This document shows, piece by piece, positions 9,546-18,792 of a stretch of 32,000 bases of DNA. The DNA comes from Mycobacterium leprae TN (lineage in GTDB: Bacteria; Actinomycetota; Actinomycetes; Mycobacteriales; Mycobacteriaceae). The stretch lies in assembly GCF_000195855.1 (NCBI RefSeq), contig NC_002677.1, positions 870,001-902,000 of the forward strand, read 5' to 3'. How positions within the stretch are numbered: the stretch's first letter is position 1; each line of letters opens with the position of its first letter. The translations under genes and the position numbers were made by a program. The notes under the pieces are model-generated. The model was not told the origin of the DNA. It did not search any database and worked only from the letters and a program-made list of their open reading frames with translations.

Positions 9546-10556
9546 TCCGGTATTCCATTCTCGGCGTACCAGCTCACGCGCGGCCACATTTGTCAGCAGT
9601 GCGATCACCGTCAACACCAGAGAAACCTAGGTGAGCGTCATTACTGCTAAGTTGATGGAGTTAGCCAGTGTCGAATCCAGCTGGCAGATAACGGTAGCGG
9701 CGATAGTGGTCATACTCGAATAGATGTTGGTGAGCATTGCCCTTCACTCCGTACCGGATACCATTGCGATGGCCATGGTTTTCCTCGGCGCGCGCCTAAG
9801 TCCGAGAACCACGGCACTGACGATGCCGCTGGACACCCACGGCAAGTTGATTTGGTGCGCGCCATTCCCCAGTCCGGGCATTTTCAACCTCACGGGGCAG
9901 GAGGGGAACCTGTATAACCAAGTTACGGGTGGTGCTGGCTGGCGATGGTAGGAATGACCATAACCACCAGCACTAGGATGGGAACAAATATGTCTTCTTC
10001 GTTACCGGTATTGCTGTAGAAATAGTTGAGCACCGGCACATCCGGAGCGTTGTGGGCGAACACCGGAGCGGTATGGTGAGCGATGAACGGCCCGAATGTC
10101 AGCGCTCCCACAGGCCGACGACAACGCTGGGGATGTCGGCGAGAAATTCGAGTACCATGCTGAGGGTTGAGGCGAGACGTTTCGGTAACTGTTCGGCGGT
10201 CGTCACACCCGCTCTGATGAACACCGGCACCGTGGTGGTTAAGGTGATCGCAGGGCTGCCCAGGGTGCCGAAAATCGGCGGTCATGCTCCGTAGTGAGCG
10301 CCGATCGTATGTGCAACATCGTGGCTGGCGACGGTGTTGCCCGGATTCCATTAAGTGGCCGTGAAGAAATGTAACCCTTTGAACTTGATCACCGGCAGTG
10401 CCTTGATAACCAACGCCGCCCGCACGAACACGAACGCTAGCATCGGGATCACCGCAACCACATCGCCGGTCCACCGGATGGCGAGGCCGGTGCGGCTGAA
10501 GTTACGAAACTGGCTTAGGCCGGTCCGCGGTATGTCCATGCGGCCCGGCCTAACCT
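9546..10556 (-). pseudogene. pstC1: Phosphate ABC permease pseudogene (pstC1-like)
   Basis: Minus-strand fragments in different frames: an N-terminal TM region ([25 protein letters not shown]), [56 protein letters not shown] (PstC hallmark ..AGIPSVVYGLW), [15 protein letters not shown] (from GRALGETMAV) and a C-terminal ..VIALLTNVAARELVRRE. Stops and frameshifts lie between the fragments. Confidence 0.6.
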
Positions 10557-10594
10557 GAGGCCGGAAAGACCAGTAAAGGGTTATCTAAAACTCT

Positions 10595-11693
10595 TTAATT
10601 GGCGATTTGTGCGTCGGACAAATTGGCCACCGGCTCCGGTAGCGGCTGAGAGTGAACCTGGTTGGTCCAGGAAAGGGGTGCTGTTACTGTTGGTCACCGT
10701 CCAGTGCAGGAATCCCTACAACGTCTGTGCTATGGCGGTATTTTTTATCTGCTGTTGACGCTGGCGTACTAGTAGTTGACGAACAGGTGCCTGGGGTAGC
10801 GGTCGGCCCGTCGATCAGGTGAATAACCTTGCTGCGCCGGGGTGTGCGAGGCGAAGCTGGCTGTGGCAGCCTGAATACTTTGGGCGTCGAACAGCAGTTA
10901 GTTACAGGAGACATTGCCCGATTGGCTCTCGCACCGCCCCTTCTAGTTGGTGTGGTCGAGGAAGTCGATGCCGCCTGTAGGCGACGCAGCTGGTAACTAT
11001 GCCACCGTTGCTGTTTTGCCCAGTGTGCCCGGAACGATGGGGAAGTCGGCGGTCGTGCCGAAGCCAGGCGACTTATCCCCCAGCCGTCGGGGTCTTGCTT
11101 GGCAAGATAATGGGTGAACAAATGAACCAATAAGGTGTTATCGGACCCGTCGGAAAGGTGCAGTGGAACGACAGTGGTTCCCGGCAGGTTCACACCCGGG
11201 TTGAGAGCGGTGATTTGCGGGTCGTTCCAAGTTTTGATCGTGCCCTGGTGGCTGCTGCGCCAGCACCTTGCCATTCAGTTTGAGGTGCTCGTTGATGCCG
11301 GACAGATTGTAGTTGATTCGCTGAGCGGAGGTGGCTAACGCGATGTTCATCAATCTTGTGTGCGTTGCTATGTCGCCCTACGGTGGGGTACGCGTCGGAG
11401 ACGCCGATGTCGACCGTCCCGGCAGCGGCTTGCGCGATCCCGGTACCCTGGGTGGTGATCGTGACGTTTGGGTATTTACTTCGTAGTAGGTATGAACCCC
11501 ATAGATTGAACAGGGGGTTAATCAGTGTGCTTCCGGTCTTTGACAACGTGACCTTCGACGTCGCCGTCGCGGTGGTGACTTTTACCGCCGGCTCCGATAC
11601 TGGATGAACCACTTGTTGAGTTCGAACCGCAGCTGCCACCAAAAGACCAGCAGCACAGCAGCCAACTACGTACGCAAACGGATCATCACACAA
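10595..11693 (-). pseudogene. pstS1: Periplasmic phosphate-binding lipoprotein pseudogene (pstS1 / 38-kDa antigen homologue)
   Basis: GSTLINPLFNLWGSYLLRSKYPNVTITTQGTGIAQAAAGTVDIGVSDAY and GTIKTWNDPQITALNPGVNLPGTTVVPLH are PstS signatures but lie in different frames (ORFs 11190-11693 and 10684-11274). A C-terminal VHSQPLPEPVANLSDAQIAN-stop is in a third frame, ending at 10595. Confidence 0.8.
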
Positions 11694-11758
11694 TTGACTT
11701 TTCTATTGTCGGTCCATTCCGGGTTTCTGCCATTTGCTTCTGTGGTCCCGATTTGCCT

Positions 11759-12588
11759 TTATCTGGTACCGAGGAGCCTGCGGTCGCTGAATAGCCCGGA
11801 GATGTACCAGAACGTTTCGGCATGTTTGGGTTACAGGAACAGTTGTTCGGTGGGTCCTTACGCGATCAGTCTGACGTAGAAAATGATGCCGTACGGTGAC
11901 CAATTTGAGTGGTCTGACTTTGATCATGGGTCACCATGATCAAAGTCAGACCGGTTGGCCAGTGACCGAATGGGCTACTCGATCTTTTCGGTCATGGTCG
12001 GGTCCAGCGAAGAAGTGGGCTTTTCAAGCAACACCACTTCCGGCCCCACCGCAAGTGCACGGACCGGACACAACAACTGCTGCTGACCGCCGGAAAGCCG
12101 GAACGGCGAATCACCTAGCTGCTCCTTGACCGCATCCCAGAGCCCCACTTCGGCCAGTCGAGCTTAAGTAATGCTTATGAATTTTTGCGCGACACCATCT
12201 TTTGTTAGCGTGCACGTTGGCAACCATGTTGTCCATGATCGACTTGGGAAACGGATTGGGACGCTGGAACGGCATGCCGACTAGGCTGCGAAACTCCAAC
12301 AGGTCGCCGCTGTTGAAGATGTTTTGTCCGCCTAGCAGGACGTCATCGCTGTACCGGTATCCAGATACCTTTGTCATTCATTCGCTTCAGAGTGCGTAGC
12401 ACAGTTGTCTTCCCTGAGCCGGTCGGCTCCAGCAAGGACGTAACCGCGCGGGAGGGAAAATCCAGGCTCACTTAGTCGAGCACGGTTTTGGCGGCGAAAT
12501 TCAACGTTAGATTCACCGCAGCCATGACAAGTGGAGCAGCATTAGTTTTCGGGGTACCGATTTGGGTGCCGAGCTGTTCAGGACTCAT
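11759..12588 (-). pseudogene. pstB: Phosphate ABC transporter ATPase pseudogene (pstB)
   Basis: From ATG 12588 the sequence reads MSPEQLGT...MAAVNLTLNFAAKTVLD, followed by an in-frame TAA (12472-12474). A degraded Walker A follows ([11 protein letters not shown]), then VGMPFQRPNPFPKSIMDN in another frame, the ABC signature LSGGQQQ, Walker B VVLLEKPTSSLD, and a broken C-terminus. Confidence 0.85.
11911..11952. repeat. Perfect 19-bp-stem / 4-nt-loop inverted repeat inside the pstB pseudogene
   Basis: ggtctgactttgatcatgg (11911-11929), gtca loop, ccatgatcaaagtcagacc (11934-11952). Checked base by base. Confidence 0.97.
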
Positions 12589-12883
12589 CAACATCCCACC
12601 AAAACCACTTCGAGACCCCACGCAAGTTGTCATGCGGGGCTATCTTCTATGTATCCTTAAGGGTTCCGATCAGTATTTGCTTATCTACGTTGCTGCGGCT
12701 AAATTCTTTTAGATTCCCCAAGAAAGCTTCAAAAGCGCCTCTAATCCTGCTTCCAACTGGCAAGGCGTGTATATCCATAGGTCCGTGTGTTTGTCGCCAA
12801 ACCAGCGTGCGGCGAGAGCATTCCAGGGGGTTTCACGGTGGCGGAATGAGTGCGTTTGTCTTCTGACTCGTGAAAGGAGTTCC

Positions 12884-13985
12884 GCGAAGTTCACCTGCTC
12901 TGGCGCTGCGCTGCGTCTGTTGGCCGCCACCGTGCTGGTGTTATCAGCGTGGCGGGGGCAACATCGCCAACACCTCGTCATCTGGATCCTGCACCCCGTC
13001 GGTGCCGGTGCACTGCGGCGGCATGAAAGCAGCTTAAGGACGCCGGCTCGTCCGCCCAAGAGAACGCTATGGAACAATTTCCCTATTTTATATCTGGGCG
13101 TTCCTGGGCTGCACGTTGGACTACAACAACGCAAACGGCTCCGGCAGTGGGGTTACGGAGTGCATCAATAGCGAAACCGATATGGCGGGGTCTGACGTGC
13201 CGTTCGATCCATTGATAGGTAAACCCCAGATCGCGGCGGCGCGCTGCGGTTTGCCGGCGTGGGACCTGCCGACGGTGTTTGGCCCGAGCGCGGTCATCTA
13301 TCACATTAACGGCGTAACTTCGTTGAAGATAGACGGGCCCGCCACGGCAAAGATCTCCAATGGCACCTTCACCACGTGGAACGACCCGGCGATCACCGCG
13401 CTCAACGGGGCACCCCGCTCCCGTCTGATACCTAGCCACGTCATCTTCCGCACCGACAAGTTCGGAACCACATATAATTTACCTCGATTCCGCATCCAAT
13501 GGTCCGTGAGGCAAGGGGGTCGGCGAGACGTTCAATGGGGGTGCCGGCGCAGCGGGGAACAGTAGCACGTCGGCGGCCCCTGCAGAGCATCGACGGGTCG
13601 ATCGCCTACACCGGATGATCGTTTGCGGTAGGCAAGCAGTTGGATATGGCCCAGATCATCACGTCAGAGGGTCCGGATCCGATCTCGATTACTATCGACT
13701 CCGTCGGCAAGACCGTTGCACGGGCCAGGATCCTGGGGCAGGGTGATGACTTGGTGTTTGAACACGTAATCCGTTCTACGAGCCAGCGCGGTATAGTGCG
13801 TACCTGATTACGCCGGCGATCTGTGAGATCTTCTACTTGAAGTATCTGGATTTGGCCACCGGCACTGCGGTGAAAGTGTTTATTTAGTTACCAATTTGGT
13901 ATGGATTAGACTCTATAATAGGGCGATTCCATTGCCGAGTTCGTTCCAATCTAACCTGGCGGCAGCGGTGAATGCTATCGCATAA
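12884..13985 (+). pseudogene. pstS2: Periplasmic phosphate-binding lipoprotein pseudogene (pstS2-like)
   Basis: A signal-peptide remnant AKFTCSGAALRLLAATVLVLSA has GCG where the start codon should be. Next come VHCGG..., LDYNNANGSGSGVTECINSETDMAGSDVP, WDLPTVFGPSAVIYHINGV, TWNDPAITALN and a C-terminal NLAAAVNAIA-stop (13983-13985). These are spread over several frames with stops between them. Confidence 0.8.
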
Positions 13986-14145
13986 CTCCCGTGCCCGGGC
14001 GAGATTCTTTGACGTGCCGGACATCGGCCATCGCCACCAATTCCTCAGGGCTCTAGTGGCTTTGGATGGTTCTTCGACGACACCCAGAGGACACCTCGTG
14101 TTGCGCAGTTTGTTCCTGTGTCCCGGTGACTATGGATTTACCTTG

Positions 14146-14154
14146 TGGTATAAT
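14146..14154 (+). promoter_or_regulatory. Consensus extended -10 element (TGGTATAAT) just upstream of the pknD pseudogene start
   Basis: tggtataat read at 14146-14154. The presumed ancestral ATG at 14163 lies 9 nt downstream, a geometry compatible with a leaderless mycobacterial transcript. Confidence 0.3.
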
Positions 14155-14162
14155 CGTTTTCG

Positions 14163-15777
14163 ATGTGGGAGGCTAAGGAAGGGCGTCGGGATTGGTGGCC
14201 AATTGAGGGGAGCACCGACGGTGAGTGAAACTATTTCGCGGGTAAGGTCGCTGTCTATGCAGAAGAGAACACACGCACGCGCCGGGTGGTGGCATTGAAG
14301 CTGGTTTCAGCTTAATATTTAAGCGATTCGGAGTTTTGCGCGTAGATGCGGTGCGAGGCTGACATGGGTGGGGTTTTTTACTGGGCTGCACTCCTGCCTA
14401 TCCATGACTAAGGTGATCAACACGCAGTTCTATGTGGAGATGCGTCTCATCGACAGCGTTTCGCTGCGTACCGCGTTGTCACAGTAAGGCTTGTTAAGCC
14501 CGGCACGTACGGGTGGCCTATCGTGTCCCAAGTCGCGGTTGCGCTGGAGGCCTCATACGCGACGGTGTCATACACCGCGACGTCAAACCGGGAAACATCA
14601 TGGTAGGTCAGCAAGGACTTCGCTTATTTGGTGGATTTCGGGATCGCGCGCTGTTTCTGACCCAGAGCGGGACTGAGATTGGTACCTACAACTATGTGGC
14701 CCTGGAGTGGTTCACCGGCAACGGGCTTACCGGCCGTGCTGATATCTAGATGCTGGTTTGCGTGTTGGGCGAGTGTTTGGTCGGGGCGTTGCTTTATTGT
14801 GCCGAAACTGTCCAAAGGATGGTTGCTCCGCATCTGCTCGAGTCTGCACCGTGGCCCGGCAGACTGCGACCGGGAATGGTTCCAGCGACGTTCGACGACA
14901 TGATTACTAAAGGCGTGGCCGAAAACTCCGTAAAACGCTACACTACTGTCGGGTATCTAGGACGAAGTCCGCCAGCTAGCCGTTGACTGCCCCCCGGGCA
15001 GCAGGAAGCCACAATTCTTCAGCACGGAGACAACGCGGCCATGTTGGGCAATGCCGGCTGGGCCCATTACCCAGGCCCTAGCACTGCTCCAAGGTCAATG
15101 GTGTCATCAGAGCGGTTGCCCGGCGAGGCGACTGTGGCTCGTTCGGCAACCACCGACATTGGCGCTGGCAGCTGGCGTCCACCTGGGCCGCCGTGCTCCG
15201 TCAGTCCTGTTGACCCACCAAGTTTAGTCAACCACCCGTCGTGCCCGTACCAGGCTTGAATCCCGGTGTTGCAAAAGCACGCGGTGGATCTTTGCCGGCG
15301 CTGTTGTGCTCGTGCTAGTTGCCGCCATCTGTGCAACACGCAGGTCCTGAGATCGCGCCTCTAGTCGCGCAGTCTGGGCAGGAAATCGGGCAAACCGGTG
15401 CTGTAGTGCAATGGCATCGACTTTCGACTGTCTTCAAGCGGGGGTTGACGTCAGAAAAAACGGCGACGTGTGTATGTCACCAGTGAAGGCATGCATAGGT
15501 GGGTGGTGGAGTTGGTTCCGGAGTCCAGTACCCCAACGGTGTTGCCGTTTTCGCTTCTCTATCAGCCTTAGACACTGGCGGTGGACGTCGCCCACAAGCG
15601 AATTTATGTCACCGACACCGAGCACAACCGGGTGTTGGATACTCAACGTCGCGACAAACACCCAGACCATGCTGCCACTGAGCGGCCTCAACACCCCCTT
15701 GGTAGTCGCGGTGGACAAAACGGGAGTTCTGTGTCGCCGACCGCGACAACGACCAGGTCGTCAAATTGACTCCCTAA
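14163..15777 (+). pseudogene. pknD: Ser/Thr protein kinase pseudogene with NHL-repeat sensor domain (pknD)
   Basis: GKVAVYAEENTRTRRVVALKLVSA is followed by an in-frame TAA (14313-14315). Further kinase and sensor pieces follow: FYVEMRLIDSVSLRTAL, VIHRDVKPGNIMV, GTYNYVALEWFTG, CVLGECLVGALLY, and NHL-like repeats (RIYVTDTEHNRVL, LNTPLVVAVDKTG) ending VADRDNDQVVKLTP-stop at 15775-15777. There are multiple frameshifts, and the span is shorter than the roughly 2 kb of Mtb pknD. Confidence 0.85.
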
Positions 15778-15802
15778 CTCTACTAATCGCTGTGTGGTCC
15801 AG

Positions 15803-16990
15803 TTAGAGGCACGTCGTTGTGCTGGCCAGCAACCCGATGGTGGATTTAGTGACCGCGGCGTTGAAGCTGGAGTAGCGGGCCGGTGTGTGGATCACTTGTG
15901 ATGGCTCCAATCTGCGGCTACCGCTGCCGACGTGCAGGGCGGGGTCGTTCTCTGCGAACAACGGAGTGTCGACGACTTGTTTCCATGTGTGGGCTAGGTG
16001 GGCTATCAGACCGCCCTGCTGAGGCAACTCAACCCACTCGACGGTTACCTTGGTGGTCAGGGTCGTCTGAAGTTCGTTGGCCAACTCAGCGTAGTTGACC
16101 GCCCTCGTGCGTTGGTCGCTGAATCGCTTGTCGTCAACGATATCGGTTTGACTGATGGTGCTACACAACTTTTTCCAGTGTTTAGGAACATACACGCTGA
16201 TTACGACCTACCTATCGAAGGACAGGAAGGCGTCCGACGGTTGGGTGTAAAATCTAAATATTTGCTCTGCTTAATTTTTGGATCATTACCAGAAGCTGGC
16301 TTGGCGGTTATCTGGGTGTCGTCCGCATTGTTTAGATGCATTGTTAGCTGTTTGGTTTGTAGGACTACCGCGACGTTGTACATCGCGACTCGCGACGATG
16401 TCCGAAAACTCGTGGCGCTCGCGGTTGAGCAGCGCCGACAGCGCTGCCTGGGCCAGCACGTGACCGCTGGCGTTGTCGACGAGTTGGAACAGGATGATCT
16501 GCGGTTTGCTGTCCGGTGTGGGCATCCCGGTGGGGATGCTGGCCTCGGCGGTGAGCATAATATCGACGCCTGGTCGGTTTCCATGTGGACCGTTGCCACT
16601 GAACACCGTTAAGTGCGCGTAGATCAGCTTGGGATTGCGTTACCGCAAGTCGTTGATTTCCAAGACTATTCGCTCTATAGCCCCAGAGAGAAACCTCCTA
16701 GAACGAGTCGGTAGTGTCGGTGAGCTGCGGTATCTGTTGTCTGGCCTCGTCGTTGGTCAGGGCGACAGTTACTGATTTATTGCTACGGTCGTTGGGAAGA
16801 AAATATGTCGTCAGCGGTGGGTGTCCGGGAAGGACTAGGGGATCTGGTGGGCTGCCTCATTACTGGTTGTTTCAATCTTGCTGGCCTCGGCGTCTAGATC
16901 GGTCAGCACCTGTCCAGCTACGTTTTGGGTGAAATCGAGTACCCAAAAGCTGTAAAGTGGTTTGGCAGCGTTGCTATTTGGCGTGGACGG
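15803..16990 (-). pseudogene. Family III (CaiB/BaiF) CoA-transferase pseudogene, Rv3272-like
   Basis: N-terminus ..KPLYSFWVLDFTQNVAGQVLTDLDAEASKIE (from PL.G.RVLD....AGP....LADLGAEVIKIE). It is followed by NPKLIYAHLTVFSGNGPHG, GVDIMLTAEASIPTGMP...LVDNASGHVLAQAALSALL and a C-terminal 130-aa ORF (DKRFSDQRTRAVNYAELANEL..TVEW). These lie in at least three frames with internal stops. Confidence 0.7.
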
Positions 16991-17933
16991 ATGACCCTTA
17001 ACCAGGTCTCTGGCCGGCTGTCTCTAGTGTGTGGCTTCCCCGGTGTAGCAACGCGATTCAGTAGTTTTTTGTCGGAAACGGCTGGCCCTGGCCTCTCTTT
17101 TGTCGGTGGAACCGGTAATTCGTTGTCGACCAAAAACTGTTCTAACCGCGTACCCATCACGTTCCAGCCGTGCATGTCGAGGTGGGTTGTGACGTCGTGG
17201 CATTCGCCTAGATAGGCGAGGTTGTCGTCGAGTACGACGGCAAGACCGTGCTCATATAATTTATTCGCGGCTTCCAAAGCATGTATGGCCTCTGGGGCGT
17301 CGAGGGACGTCTCTGTTATCAGTCGACTACCGTAGGTGCTGAGTTCGGTGATGTTGTCCAGCAAGCTATCCTGGTCCTGCGAGGGAAGAAACACGAGTAG
17401 GCTTTTGGCGAGCCACGCAGTGGGGCGCTCCGGGTCAAGATCGGCCTGGCACAGCGCCAACGGCCAAGCGTGGCGGAGGTCGATTGGTGCCGCTCGAAAG
17501 TTGGTTGTCGGCCTAGCGCCGAGGGCGGCTAACGTGGAGATATTGAATTTGATGACTTGCAGTTGGTCGATCTCGAATACCATCATTTCCGTCGACGAAG
17601 GAAGTCGATAGCTGCGGGCATCGAGGTCAGCAGTCAAATGACCACCTGGCGGGTGCCCGGTTCCTCGGAAAACACCGCTTCGGCCAGAAATATGTCGATG
17701 TAACGAGTACGCACCATGAGCACATTGATTATCCGCTGCATGCCCCAGCAGGCGTCGGGGATATGGACCTCAGCGGAGGTGAGTTCGTCGATCGCCCATC
17801 GGGTGAAAAATTTATGCCAAACCTCCCGCACCAGTGATTTTTGTGAACCGGTTGTCGATCCGGGCGTCCCTGGTAGCCCTGGACTCGTCTCGTGGCCACT
17901 ATAGCGGTGGGTAGCACCTACGCTGGTCGTCAT
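16991..17933 (-). pseudogene. SAM-dependent O-methyltransferase pseudogene (Rv0725c/Rv3399-type leucine-carboxyl-MTase-like family)
   Basis: ORF 17634-17933 ends ..RQVVI-stop, and ORF 16918-17637 continues in the adjacent frame as LTADLDARSYRLP...VFEIDQLQVIKF...IDLRHAWPLAL...PTAWLA. The family consensus is QVVILAAGLDARAYRL. The break maps to a T3 run (plus strand AAA, 17636-17638), and one extra T would restore the frame. The 3' tail reads through into the neighbouring pseudogene, so the end coordinate is approximate. Confidence 0.7.
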
Positions 17934-18792
17934 GTCCCAGTTGGCGTTGTAGGTGCGCTCCCTTCCTAGCGCCGCGCCCTACTCATTAGGAACATTAATC
18001 AATCTACCCGCGGTGGCGGGTCTTTGGCGCAGTGACATGGTCTCTAGCGTGCCTAATTGAGGACGCTTGCCGGGAAACCGGCATTGATGCAGGTGACCTC
18101 CCGCATGATAGGCGGTCCCATCGAAATCGGCTGCCCATGTCGATTGGCGACACCTCATACGCGCGATGCTGGATGGTAGCGGAGCGCTCTGGGGCGCGAT
18201 GGTGGGCCTGAGTCAGCCTTGCCGTGTTGCTCATCGAGGGCGTCATTGTGGTGTGGCAGTAGGATCTATCGCATTGACCGGGTGGGCGCTTGGCGGCGGA
18301 TACGAGGGGTTGGCCAGCGCGATGGTGCTCTAGCGTTTCACACTGGCGCTCGCATTGCGTCGGAGACCGCCGGGCGGTGCGCACAACGTGATGTGACGGT
18401 ATCATTTCAACGGATTGTCCCCCGGCATTCCTGCTGATCTATCCGTGACCTGACTGGACAGCATCACGCTGAGACGTCGGTAATTGGCATCGGGTTAACG
18501 GCCTCTTACCTTGGTGTTGATGCCGATTCTCGGTTGAGCCAACCACCAGAGTGGATGCCTGGCTACCTTCGGCGGCCACCGAGGTTAAGGCACGCAGAAT
18601 TACCTATGAGCCGCCGGAGTGCTGATCGGCTTGGCTATCGCCGTCGTGGTGGTGTGTCGGGGCATTCGAGCCTGGCGTGGCCACGACTGTGGCCTTAGGT
18701 ATCGGTTATCGGCGAAATTGCGGCCACGGTTGTGATTGGCGCGGGAATACAACCTTCATGGTACCTTTGACATCCGATGGGAAGGTTGTCAT

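Noticed and set aside
11896-12129. 77-aa plus-strand ORF spanning the pstB hairpin.
   Set aside because: It exists only because the palindrome mirrors the coding arm (GLTLIMGHHDQSQTG). It lies antisense to clear PstB motifs.
17634-17640. Possible programmed frameshift at the T-run joining the two methyltransferase ORFs.
   Set aside because: There is no slippery heptamer or downstream stimulatory structure, and the gene also appears to have lost its normal 3' end. A simple 1-nt deletion pseudogene is more parsimonious.
17934-18792. Unassigned 0.86 kb upstream region. It contains the 133-aa ORF 18004-18405 (minus) and, in another minus frame, a ..DGTAYHAGGH.. stretch (about 18092-18122) reminiscent of a metalloprotease AYHEAGH motif. 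It could also hold an Rv3271c remnant.
   Set aside because: The ORF is Arg/His/Ser-rich with no motif. The HExxH glutamate is absent, and the similarity is a single heptapeptide. I cannot recall the Rv3271c sequence to test synteny. I treat the region as decayed DNA of unknown origin.
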